This document shows positions 38,555 to 50,812 of a DNA stretch of 64,000 nt, in pieces (the first letter of the stretch is position 1; the number at the start of each line of letters is the position of its first letter). Made by a program: the position numbers and the translations under genes. Source of the stretch: Octopus sinensis (taxonomy: Eukaryota); contig NC_042999.1 in the NCBI RefSeq assembly GCF_006345805.1, forward strand, positions 157,976,001-158,040,000, given 5' to 3'. A model generated the notes under the pieces. The model saw only the letters and a program-made list of their open reading frames with translations. It was not told the DNA's origin and did no database searches.

Positions 38555-39829
38555 AACAAACACACTGGAACATTCCACCAGTATTCCTTTTTATTATGAG
38601 TGGATATGGCTTCTACCATATTGTGAGTTCTTATTTCTTTGTCCTCGGGATTATCCATCCGACGGATTTCATTATAGAGTGTCATAGCTACAATATCATG
38701 TCTCATCGGTAGATTATACCGTGGTGACATTTTCGGACAATTGCTTATGATGTGGGTAATATATTTGGGTGTTGACTCCACAATGTCTGTATCGGTCGTC
38801 ACATTTTGCTGCTTTTCTTGTATCTTTATCCCTTTTGTGCATCAGGTACTTGGTTGATATTTTCTGTTCCTGGATTTCAAACGCATACCCTTCAAACTGA
38901 GAGGCAGAAATCCGGCTATTGGTCCATGATAAACTGCTTTGATGATCGATGTTACTATCATCAAGTTTTCTACCAGCGTATCCATGAATAGTCTTCTACT
39001 AGAGTAGTCTATCATCTGATGGTACGTTGAGGTAGAGTCGTGCGACTTCTTTAGGCGTGTATTCTAGGTTATCAGACAAAGAGTATGTATGTCATTATAG
39101 AATCGATTTCTAACCTAGATCCAAGGTTCCTTCATTGGAATTTCAGCATCAACAACAGGGCATTTTTGTTTGTATGCATGTATGTATGTATGTATGTATG
39201 TATGTATGTATGTATGTATGTATGTATGTATGTATGTATGTATGCATGTATGTATGCATGCATGCATGCATGCATGCATGTATGTATGTATGTATGTATG
39301 TATGTATGTATGTATGTATGTATGTATGTAGGTAGGTAGGTAGGTAGGTAGGTATGTATGTATGTATGTATGTTTCAAGTATGTATTCTAATGCATATAG
39401 TTGCATATCTAGACATGCTCATATATATTTAAATGATAAACTTCTGGAACGTTTTACAGATTTTTATAGTTCCATTCATGGCTTCGATCTGTAGTTTTGG
39501 AATTAGCTTTCTCCATTTTGGATTTTGTAGAAGCCTAATTTCTCAAGATTGGTATATAGGTAGTGTGTTACATATCTCAGGGGCTCCAATAATTACAGGT
39601 ATAAACCTGAACTTGTAATCTGGAAAGCGTAACTGCATATTTCTCAATAGTTCAGCATAGGTATTTCCTTCACCGATCTTCAACTTTATGTTAACATCCG
39701 CTGGGCAGCTAATTTCTGCAACTGTGAACAGTTTCTCTTCTCTACCCGAAATCATTATATCAGGTATGTTGTGCTCACATTTTTTGAGGTCTTCACTGTG
39801 ACATTCCACCAGTATTCCTTCTACCATAT
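38555..39829 (-). mobile_element. Two fragments of an RLE-type non-LTR retrotransposon (CCHC knuckle; PD-endonuclease and 3' UTR with (CATA)n)
   Basis: YITHIISNCPKMS...RHDIVA, KEYWWNV twice, CEHNIPDIMI..EISCPADVNI, LQIEAMNGTIKICKTF. Confidence 0.8.
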
Positions 39830-39929
39830 NNNNNNNNNNNNNNNNNNNNNNNNNNNNNNNNNNNNNNNNNNNNNNNNNNNNNNNNNNNNNNNNNNNNNNN
39901 NNNNNNNNNNNNNNNNNNNNNNNNNNNNN
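39830..39929. other. Assembly gap (100 N)
   Basis: Direct reading. Confidence 1.
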
Positions 39930-40361
39930 GAGACATACAAAAAATGTGAAATGTCCACCTATTTGAAAACTATGGAAATGTTTTTTTAAAAAAACATTTC
40001 ATTTAATTTTTCGACAATTTGTTTTTCATATTTTACTCTAAGTTGAATAAATCACAAAGACTAAAACAGGTACTAAAATGTTCTTTATGATAAAATTATT
40101 CTAGCATTTTCTACCTTGTTCTATTTTCCTTATACATATCAAATTAAATTTCCATATCGAATTGGGTATTTCATCAGGGGAAAGAATTTCATAGAATGGA
40201 GCTTCGCTCCGATGTGTTGGTTGATCCTTGGTAGACTCAAATATGTTCGTTTCAGCAACCAATGTATTTAAAAAAACTATATTTAGTTGTGTAATAATAC
40301 AATATATATATAATGTATATATATATAATTATATATATATATATATTATATATATATATAT

Positions 40362-40773
40362 ACTCTTTACTCTTTTACTTGTTTCTGTCATTTGACTGCG
40401 GCCATGCTGGAGCACCGCCTTTAATCGAGCAACTCGTCCCCGGGACTTATTCATTTGTAACCCAGTACTTTTTCTATCGCGCACTTTTGCCGAACCGCTA
40501 AGTAACGGGGACATAAACACACCAGCATTCGGTTGTCAAGCAATGCCTAGGGGGACAAACCCAGACACACAAACACACACCACCGCATATAGATTATATA
40601 TATACATATATACGACAGGCTTCTTTCGTTTCGTCTACCAAATCCACTCACAAGGCATTGGTCGGCCCGAGGCTATAGTAGAAGACACTTGCCGAAGGTG
40701 CCACGCAGTGGGACTGAACCCCGGACCATGTGGCTGGTAACAAGCTACTTACCACACAGCCACTCCTGCGCCT
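40362..40773 (-). mobile_element. SINE family A
   Basis: Reverse-complement match. Confidence 0.9.
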
Positions 40774-40810
40774 TAGTTGGTGGAGGCGATCCGTCTAGTT
40801 GATTCCGATA
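40772..40810 (+). rRNA. 39-bp diverged 18S rRNA fragment (non-functional)
   Basis: CTTAGTTGGTGGAGGCGATCCGTCTAGTTGATTCCGATA vs conserved CTTAGTTGGTGGAGCGATTTGTCTGGTTAATTCCGATA. Confidence 0.7.
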
Positions 40811-40841
40811 TATATATATATATATTATATATATATAATAA

Positions 40842-40873
<32 letters not shown>

Positions 40874-40898
40874 GTATATTATATGATATATGATATAT

Positions 40899-41286
40899 AC
40901 CCGCCGAGCTTAGGCATATTGCTAAGCGGTGGAAAATCAATAAACCAGGATTCCCTAAGTGATGGCGAGGGAACCGGGAGAAGCTTAACACAGAATCTCG
41001 TCGGCCGCGCCGGTCGTCAAGAGCTGTGGCGCAAGGTTCGTACACGGTCGATCGTTTCACCCTGCTAGGTTCGGAGTCCCCTCGATCGGAACTGCCAGAG
41101 CGGGTGCTAGGCCCGTTTGGAGCCGGAGGCGATCGGCGACGTTCTTCGGTCCGAGAGTCAGGCTGCTCGGAAACGCAGCCTAAAGCGGGTGGATAGCTCC
41201 ATCTAAGGCTAAATACGGTGAGAAGTTCGATAGCCGACAAGTTCCGCGAGGGAAACTTGAAAAGAACTTTGGAGAGAGAGTTCAAG
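40899..41286 (+). rRNA. Divergent 28S rRNA 5'/D1 fragment (non-functional)
   Basis: ACCCGCCGAGCTTAGGCATATT...CTCCATCTAAGGCTAAATAC...GAAAAGAACTTTGGAGAGAGAGTTCAAG match LSU core motifs. Confidence 0.9.
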
Positions 41287-41292
41287 TCTGCT

Positions 41293-41384
41293 TTCGACTC
41301 GGACGAGACTACTCACGGAACTCCAGCATATCACTAAACGAAGGAAAAGCAACCATCCGGGATTCCCTAAGTAACAGCGAGTGA
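41293..41384 (+). rRNA. Second, different 28S 5'-end fragment
   Basis: GGACGAGACTAC..GCATATCACTAA.CG.AGGAAAAG..GGGATTCCCTAAGTAAC.GCGAGTGA. Confidence 0.75.
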
Positions 41385-42045
41385 TCAATCTGACGGCTGA
41401 CTGAAAAGAAAAAAAATTAGGAAAAGCCAAAATGTTATCGTGCAGCTTTGTGATGCTAGAGAAACTCTTGATATAGTAATTAGCGTTGGAGCTTGAAGGT
41501 GGAGTGGGAATACGGCGGAAAAGGAAATTAATTAAATTAATGTAGCGAATACATTTGGGCGGACTTAATATGCAAACAGTTATCTTAAAAGATCAGAAAC
41601 TCTTGTAGTTGTGGCAGAGAAGATAAGGAAGGGAAATAAGTTTACATACTATTAAATGTCAAAACAAGTTTCTTCTAGTTTACAATGTTCATAGTTTTTC
41701 CAATTGACATTAATGGGAAGAAACACTTCAAGACTCAAAATAAAATAAAATTACGCTCCTTGTAAAATGTCTGCTTTTAAGTCTAAAGAAAAATTCAAAG
41801 TGTGATTTTTAATATCTTCTTGATTGTGACTGTATTTTTAAATCATTTTCTAAATCGCAAGACGTCTCAAGCAATATGACAATTGCAGCTGGTTTTTGCA
41901 ATCACTTCTTTGCTGTCATTGTTATTTCGTTTTTGGCTTCTCTGACATGAGTACATTATGTAACACACATTAACTTTACATGTCCGCTTGTATCTAAACC
42001 AACGGAATGCTCTTAGCATATTTTTTATGTATTTATGTATGTGTG

Positions 42046-42079
<34 letters not shown>

Positions 42080-42169
42080 TGTATGTATGTATGTATGTAT
42101 GTATGTATCTATGTGTGTGTGTATGTATGTATGTATGTATGTATGTGTTGTGTGTGTGTGTGTGTGTGT

Positions 42170-42200
<31 letters not shown>

Positions 42201-42575
42201 TGTATTTATAAATTCTTCTTTGAAGAAGGAGCTGATTTCTAACAAATATACAAAGACCCAGCTTTGAAATGTAAATAACGAAAACAATGTCATATTTTAA
42301 AACTGAGGAAAGTCTTGCATGGTTTAATTCTTCCGCTTACAGATTGTATTTGTAATGTGCAAGTCAGTTGGTTGATTTCTTTTTCTGAAAATTCAAGCTT
42401 ATCCAGACTGATAGTTCAGCATTTACTTACAAAATCTTTCTTAAGCAGACACTTTTCTTGTAGGCTAATTTTTCAGCTTTATCCTTCGACAATTACGAGT
42501 CTATAACTAAATCATTTAACTCTCCTTGAGAAAATTTCTGTGGTACGTCTTCATTTTCAATCGTGAAATCTGCAC

Positions 42576-43218
42576 TCACTTCGTAATATTTTCTTCAGGA
42601 AATACATCTTCGTCAGACATCTGAAGGCAATTTTCTGGTGGCATTAGAATAGGAAGATCCTCATCGTTGTGTTGTACTGGTCTTCTTGCTGATTCCAAGT
42701 TGGGATACACAATCTTATGCTTGGTTTTTACAGTAAACCCACATACATTAACGTTGCAGAAATAACAGCCCAAGAAATTATCCTTTGGCTCTGTCCATAT
42801 CATAAGTATTGCAAACGGCATTGCTCTCTTCCTCTTATTTAGCCAATCCCTTAGTCCATTTGAACAAACTGAGCAGATTATATGCGGGGCCCAACACTTA
42901 TCTTGTTCCCCGAGAGAGCAGCCAAAGCACAACTGGTAGATCTTCTTGATTTCACTTGTGATGGCACGTTGCTGAGCTTTGGTGGTAAATGGATCACAGA
43001 CATGACAAAATATATCAGGACTGTTCTTGCAATGCCTTGACATAGTCAGAATTTAACTGTATAAGACGTTTACGTGTAGCGATACTGCTGATGGGAGTTA
43101 TATACCTCTCTCATCTCATCAGAAAAAATGTGCCTGATTACATTTTTGAAATCTGCGGACAAAACTACATATAAAACGCCATATAATATTCCTCATGAAA
43201 ATTGGCTGTTGACCAGTG
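42576..43218 (-). mobile_element. 5' fragment of a Chapaev3-like (CMC) DNA transposon
   Basis: ORF 42576-43043: CKNSPDIFCHVC, LGEQDKCWAPHIICSVC, MIWTEP..CYFC; CACTG terminus at 43218 flanked by TAA; other end not found. Confidence 0.75.
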
Positions 43219-43277
43219 TTATTATTGATATAAATGTAAATTTGTGATCCGGATATAAAAGCTGAAGGTTTTGAAGT

Positions 43278-43301
43278 ATTGTATGTATGTATGTATGTAT
43301 G

Positions 43302-43335
<34 letters not shown>

Positions 43336-43389
43336 TGTATGTATGTATGTATGTATGCATGCATGTATGTATGTATGTATGTATGTATG

Positions 43390-43423
<34 letters not shown>

Positions 43424-43492
43424 TGCATTTTTGTATGTATATATATATACGTATATATGTATGTATGTATGTATGTATGTTATGTATGTATG

Positions 43493-43526
<34 letters not shown>

Positions 43527-43604
43527 TGTATGTATGCATGCATGTATGTATGTATGTATGTATGTATGTATGTATGCATTTTTGTATGTATATATATATA
43601 TACG

Positions 43605-43638
<34 letters not shown>

Positions 43639-43664
43639 TGTATGTATGTATGTATGTATGTATG

Positions 43665-43696
<32 letters not shown>

Positions 43697-43700
43697 CATC
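43278..43700. repeat. (TATG)n/(TATC)n microsatellite with an internal ~150-bp duplication
   Basis: GCATTTTTGTATGTATATATATATACG occurs twice. Confidence 0.9.
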
Positions 43701-45307
43701 TATCAATTTGTCTGTTTGTCTATATAACTTTCTGTTCATAACACGCATAGACGCACATACTATGTGTGTGTGAGTTTTTTTTTGTGTGTGTGTGTGTGTG
43801 AGAGAGAGAACATGGGTGTACATTATGTACATGTTACAAGATGCTTCCATTTATCTGCGCAAAAGGTAGAAACTTAAAACTATTTTATTATTTTAGCAAA
43901 GGAGTTTTAGCCCCGAAATATCGAAATATTTGACAAAATGCAAACTTGTCTTCTGGAATTTGCCTCGTATTGTCTTTTAAGTAATTTTAACGTTAAATAT
44001 CTCACTCGCGCTACACTACGCAAATATATGTGTAGGTTTGTATGTACACCCTTTTGTATATTGGTCTTCCTTCATCTATCTTTACACTGACACCGCATAC
44101 AAAAGCATGCGTCTGAATTTATGTTCCACATTCCCATCCACGCGTCTGTATTTACGTTCCATACTCACCACACACATGCACACGTATAATGCTTCCGTAC
44201 GGAATATACATTAAACAAACACATTAACATACATACTCGCATATATTGATATATATTCTGTCTTCTGATCATTGGTGGTCGAATATACGGGTTAAACGAC
44301 AGTTAATGAAAGCCAATAGGCATCTATCGCCAGACAAATCTTCGGAATGTTTGCATCATCCTTAACTTGACCAATAAATACGTGATATATATGTCGAAGT
44401 AATATATCTACAAACTGGCTTTCGTTCTTTGTGATGCGCCCGATGAATATTACCGTATAAATACAAACATCTAAGCGCATAATTACTGTCACTCTCTCTT
44501 TCTCTCGCTCTCTTTTGCTCGCTTTCTCTCTTACGTATACACAAACACACACACATAATACACTCGTACACATATATACTCGTACTCACCCGCTCTCTCA
44601 CCCGCTTTTTCTCTTTTTCTACCCTTTCCGCATTTAATGATGTTTCACAAGAATGAGCATTAATGTAATATACATACATATGTGTGTGTGTGTGTGTGTG
44701 TGGTGTGTGTGTGTGTGTGTGGTGTGTGTTTGTGTGTTTGTGTGTGTATGTGTGCGTGCGTGTGCGTGTGTATGTGAGTGTTTATATGTGTGATTTGATG
44801 AGGGCCGCTTGAAGTTTACGCAGCCAAGCTAGTATTCTTTGATAATATTTATATAATAATTACATCAATATTCAGGTGTCTGGGCAAATCTAAAATAAAA
44901 TAGGTGAGTATAGCATAATATTAGAAAGTAGTGAAAGGCATAAAAGTTCGATTCGATATTAACGCTAACCAAACATTCATGTACCGACTCTCATGAAAAC
45001 TTTCCTAAAAATATATATTAGTCGGGAAATTTTATAAAAACATTTTAAAGGCATTGAAATACAGCAGAGATGCTATCAATGAGCACGTTATTAATATATT
45101 TTGATGTAGGCATATAAGATATGTGGGCTTTTCTTTTTTTTAAATTGATTCCTGCATATTTCTGATTTATATATTTTTTTCAGCTACAGAAAGATGAAAA
45201 ACAAAGCACAGTTGGGCAGACTTCAAATTACAGAGAGATAGAAGTAAATACTGCAAACCATCCTCCATTCCAGTAGCATTTCTACCAACACTTTTCTCTT
45301 AGTAATT

Positions 45308-45708
45308 ACTTGCAGTATCGCCCGGCGTTGCTCGGGTTTGTAAGGGAAATAACTATATAAGCATTTTTAGAGAGTTATAGCTAAAAGATAGCAAAAAAAT
45401 GCATTAAAAATGGGAAAAAAATGATGGTAAATTTTTTTTTAAATCGTTGACTCATCGTAGACATTTTTAGAGTTACTTCCCTTATATAATAGCGAAAAAA
45501 ATGCATTAAAATGGAAAAAAAATGATGGTAATTTTTTTTTAAATCGTAGACTCATTGTAGACGCGCGCTAATACCCAGAAGGGCTCGATATGAATCACGA
45601 CTATAAGATACCCGGTTTTGGTTAAACTGCACCGCAAAATGTGGGAGTAGTTAGGAATCTAAATCGTAGGAGACAGACACACAACTTCACTTTTATATAT
45701 ATAAAGAT
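45308..45708 (+). mobile_element. Helentron/HINE-like non-autonomous element
   Basis: 5' ACT.GCAG..CCCGGCGTTGCTCGGG hairpin, internal tandem duplication, TTTTATATATATAAAGAT end, T-flanked. Confidence 0.55.
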
Positions 45709-46102
45709 TTCTAACCTAAGCTTATGGTCTCAAAACAAGAACAATATTGACACACAATACCACTTTGATAGATTTAAGATGGATTCAATACGTTTATGAA
45801 AGGTTTCAGAATATTTCTATGACCAAAGCTAGTGCCATATAGGTTTCTTGTTAGTTTTAAGAGAAGCATCAACGTCCATTAATTTTCCAGCCTTTCCACA
45901 GTAATTAACGAATCTGCTCATGCGAGATTAACTTAATCAAGGGTTACTATTGAAGTTAACACTTTTAATATTTATTCTTTAACAGTTGAAGGTTAATAAC
46001 AGAAGTAAAACTGAATGAAAGAGTTAAAATTCTAAAGGAACACATTCCAGTAAAGGCAGGAATTAAAGGTAAGGTGTAGCATGAGAATTAGAAGATAAGA
46101 AT

Positions 46103-46274
46103 AGGCGCAGGAGTGGCTGTGTGGTAAGTAGCTTGCTAACCAACCACATGGTTCCGGGTTCAGTCCCACTGCGTGGCATCTTGGACAAGTGTCTTCTGAT
46201 ATAGCCCCGGGCCGACCAATGCCTTGTGAGTGGATTTGGTAGACGGAAACTGAAAGAAGCCTGTCGTATATATG

Positions 46275-46307
<33 letters not shown>

Positions 46308-46531
46308 ATGTGTTTGTGTGTCTGTGTTTGTCCCCCTAGCATTGCTTGACAACCGATGCTGGTGTGTTTACCTGCCCGTCACTTAGCGGTTCGGCAAAAG
46401 AGACCGATAGAATAAGTACTAGGCTTACAAAAGAATAAGTCCCGGGGTCGAGTTGCTCGATTTAAGGCAGTGCTCCAGCATGGCCGCAGTCAAATGACTG
46501 AAACAAGCAAAAGAGAGAAAAGAGTAAAGAG
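46103..46531 (+). mobile_element. SINE family A
   Basis: Full match. Confidence 0.9.
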
Positions 46532-46745
46532 TGGGGGAGTGTTTGCCAGTTGTTCATTCCTAGATCAGCTCTGATCAAACAGACACATGATCAAAGGCAT
46601 TTCGTTTAAGACTTGACTGTGTTTAATCCTTTCTCAAGCATCGTGTATCAAGGTCTATACTGATGCAATATCTTTTAAAACGGGAAGTTATTCATTTGAG
46701 TGACAAAGCAAAGCTTTTTCGCGACGGAAAAATACATTATTGCGT

Positions 46746-47145
46746 AGGCGTAGGAGTGGCTGTGTGGTAAGTAGCTTGTTTACCAGCCAATGGTTCCAGG
46801 TTTAGTCCTACTGCGTGGCACCTTGGACAAGTGTCTTCTGCTACAGCCTCGGGCCGACCAAAGCCTAGTGAGTGGATTTGGTAGACGGAAACTGAAAGAA
46901 GCCCGTCGTATATATGTCTATATATATGTAAATGTGTATATATGTTTGTGTGTCTGTGTTTGTCCCCCCAACATCGTTTGACAACCGATGCTTTGTGTTT
47001 ACGTCCCCGTAACTTAACGGTTCGGCAAAACAGACCGCTAGAATAAGTACTAGGCTTACAAAGAATAAGTCCCGGAGTCGATTTGCTCGACTAAAGGCGG
47101 TGCTCCAGCATGGCCACAGTCAAATGACTGACACAAGTAAAAGAG
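46746..47145 (+). mobile_element. SINE family A
   Basis: Full match. Confidence 0.9.
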
Positions 47146-47986
47146 TGTATATCTGAGAGGCGCACTATATCATGTGGGTAAAGAAATTCATATTTTGTAG
47201 TTATAAAAACACACAATGTTGTCTACAATTAAAGAAATACAATATTGTGAAAAAGCAGTTGTATACTGTCAACTTAATGTGACAGTCCCATGAATGGAGT
47301 CATAGAACTGCTATTTAGCCCTAGCAGGCAGCAACGCTTCCTGTCGGTCTTGACACATTTCCCGTGTCCTTACGTTTGCAAGGGGGAGACAAGCACCTCC
47401 ACCTAGCTATATTGTGTATAACTGAAAAATACACTAAACTGAGAGTTATATACAACGGCCATACGTTCTGTAATAAATAATGCTATGTTATAGAAATTTT
47501 CAGTAAATATGTACTCGATGTTGTTGCACAAACCTCATCAAAGGCAGGCACCTATTATCAGAGACATTCTAGCCGATAATATCTAATCAATTTATCTATT
47601 CGGGTCTACACTAATTCTTGTGTTCTCCTTTACTTAAGACGGTTATATATGATTTGGAAGAAATGATTTTATTTGTTTTTAGTGCGCGTGGATCTAGCGG
47701 CAAAGGTTTTTGGCTCGAAATCAAAATATTGGGATTTCAGTTTCTGGATTTCGTTTTTATTTCATGAAGTTTATGCTATTGTTGTTGTTATTGTTGCTGT
47801 CATTGTTGTTTAGTTCCAGGTCACCTATGGCTGAGCAAACCTATGATCAAATATATCTTAGCTACTGTAGTTCTGTCAATGAACCGTATAGAGGCTTCCT
47901 CATTACTTCATGATGTGTTAATAACTGACGAATTAAGATATTTGGTTTTAATATACTTCAAAATATGGTTTAAATTATTGCAACAG

Positions 47987-48202
47987 GTTTGTTACTGCTG
48001 GAGGACGAAGCTGCGAAACAAAATGTATGCCTGAACAGCTTGTCCATACAAGCTCATAGGAACAGCAGTATAGACGAAAAATCAATTCGGAACGCCCTTG
48101 ATAAACTTAACGAAGATGATCGCGTCAAAGTTGTCATAGTATTTATGCTTCCCGGAGAGGCGCAGAAACTGTTTGTGGAAGTATCGAGAAAGAATATAAC
48201 TG
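47987..48202 (+). CDS. Class C GPCR, second coding exon
   Basis: Acceptor CAACAG|GT completes the phase-1 Gly codon of exon 1; EDEAAKQNVCL...RVKVVIVF...NITG continues the VFT fold; donor G|GTAAGT. Confidence 0.88.
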
Positions 48203-48908
48203 GTAAGTACAAAAGTAATTTAATATTCAACCAATCATTATGACATATTTTACTATTAGCATAAGCAGCGATTTGGCAGGGTTGTTAGAGCGTCGTTTTG
48301 AATGCTTTGTGTTCTGAGATTAAACCCCACCGAATTAAATTTTGCTCTTTGGTAAAGTCTATTTTCTCTGGACTGCATTTTCAGGTCGGTCTTATTGTGT
48401 TACGGCGATTTGGCTGAACGTTGCTTTAATTGTACATGTGTCTATAGAATGCGCAGCCGCTTATATATTCATTTCATGTGTAGGAACTTGGATGTTTGAA
48501 CAACTAAATGCTCACCATCGAGAATGGCAGAGAACCTTTCATCGGTTGGATAGTTTTGGGAGTAGAGGAGATGATCTAGAACATATAGCGAGTGTATAGT
48601 GCCAGCAGTGCATCTAATATATAAGCAACATTCTTTTAGGTGTCGCAGCAACACTTTATAGAGAATCAACTATTAATCTGGGCTGGAAAAGAAAATGACT
48701 TAGAGATACAGTTATTTACGTACGGGGAAGGCATTTAGAGATCGCCACGAATTGTTTAGTTGTATATGTTCAAACTTTAAGACAGTGTTTTACATGATTA
48801 TTTCCTTGACATGCACTGTGATTTAAATTTGCACCATTGAAAACTTTCTGTGGCCATGTCTCTGTTAATGGTCTCTGTCGCTGGAGTCTATCTTTGATAT
48901 GGATGGAA

Positions 48909-49284
48909 GCACTCCGTCGGTTACGACGACGAGGGTTCTGGTTGATCCGATCAACGGAACAGCCTGCTCGTGAAATTAACGTGTAAATGGCTGAGCACTC
49001 TACAGCACGTGTACCCTTAACGTAGTTCTCGAGGAGATTCAGCGTCACACAGAGTGTGACAAGGCTGGCCCTTTGAAATACAGGTACAACAGAAACAGGA
49101 AGTAAGAGTGAGAGAAAGTTGTGGTGAAAGAGTACAGCAGGGATCACCACCTTCCCTGCCGGAGCCTCGTGGAGCTTTAGGTGTTTTCGCTCAATAAACA
49201 CTCACAACGCCCGGTCTGGGAATCGAAACCACGATCCTACGACCGCGAGTCCGCTGCCCTAACCACTGGGCCATTGCGCCTCCA
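48909..49284 (-). mobile_element. SINE family B
   Basis: Reverse complement of 13650-14028. Confidence 0.9.
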
Positions 49285-50147
49285 CATCTTTGATATATGT
49301 GTAGACTGTTTATATATGTCACGTTTGAGATTTCCATGTCATGTGGATTCATTGTCCAAGACAGTCTACTTTGGTCATGTTTGTAAACACATGACATTTT
49401 AAAATCTTAAATATTTAGATGCAGCAACAAACGTGCTTGTACGTGTTATTATTCAGTTAATCGTTATAACATTATTAAAATAATCCTCTTAATATACACA
49501 CGCATTCACACAGACACACATATATATATGAAAAACAGGATAAAAATGTTTGTCAAATGTTGGTTTTATTTTCACCGGGCTTATACGGATTAGATCGAGC
49601 ACTAAGGAATATCGACAGACTTTGTCTACAAGTGTAAATTCATTGTAGAGCTTTGGACTAAATGCTAATGAGAATATTAACAAAGGTAACTTATGCTGCT
49701 GCTGTTAATGACGATGATGGCGACAACAATATCAGTGCTGTCAATGACGATGATGAGTGTCGAAAAGTTGTCTGGTAATGACAGCGACAAATGTCACCTG
49801 CTGAATAATCAGATTTTCTTGAGCTGTTGAAAGTAAACAGGTGTAGAGAAGCTAAGATATATTTCGGTAAAATTCAAAATCTAGTAACAATCCAGTATAA
49901 ACACATTTCTGACTCGACACTAGAAACTCTTAAAAGTTTAATAAACGTAATGTATAATGTGTTGTTTCTCCATCTCTCGGAGAACGTTTCTAGAATGGTC
50001 TCTTCTTTGTACTAGTGTTACTTCTGTAATAGAGACAAACAACAACAACAACAATACTCCTTTCTACCATAGTCACCAGACCTGGAATGTTGTGGGAGAG
50101 GAATAATTGACAGTATCGACCCTACTGCTCGGTTGGTACTTATTTTA

Positions 50148-50580
50148 TCGGCGAGCTGGCAGAATCGTTAGCGCCCCAGGTGAAATGCTTAGCGGTATTT
50201 TGTCTGCCGCTACGTTCTGAGTTCAAATTCCGCCGAGGTCGACTTTGCCTTTCATCCTTTCGGGGTCGATAAATTAAGTACGAGTTACGCACTGGGGTCG
50301 ATGTAATCGACTTAATAACTATGTCTGTCCTTGTTTGTCCCATCTGTGTTTAGCCCCTTTGTGGGTAATAAAGAAATAGAAATAGGTATTTCGTCTGTCG
50401 TTACGTTCTGAGTTCAAATTCTGCCGAGGTCGACTTTGCCTTTCATCCTTTCGGGGTCGATTAAATAAGTACCAGTTACGCACTGGGGTCGATATATAAT
50501 CGACTTAATCCGTTTGTGTGTCCTTGTTTGTCCTCTCTGTGTTTAGCCCCTTGTGGGTAGTAAAGAAATATGTACTTATT
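50148..50580 (+). mobile_element. SINE family C dimer
   Basis: Head plus two bodies. Confidence 0.88.
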
Positions 50581-50812
50581 TTATCAGTCCCAACATAGAA
50601 ACGACAAAACCGGCCTCTGTGAAATTTGAACGTAAGGTGAGGGAAATGACATTAAGCATTTTGTACGGCGTGCTAACGATTCTGCCAGCTCGCCGCCTTT
50701 ATAATAACGAGAATCCTTTTTACTACAAGCGCAAGGTTTCAAATTTGGAGGAGGGGACAGTCGACTCCAGTGTCACTTTGATGACATGCACTGCTCTCTC
50801 ACTCAATGATAA

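Noticed and set aside
40899-41286. 28S piece as a PCR amplicon, since its ends fall near common LSU primer sites
   Set aside because: The ends mismatch the usual primer sequences as I recall them, so primer incorporation is unlikely; contamination of other kinds remains open.
44292-44500. Short non-repetitive minus-strand ORF segment
   Set aside because: No recognisable domain or splice context.
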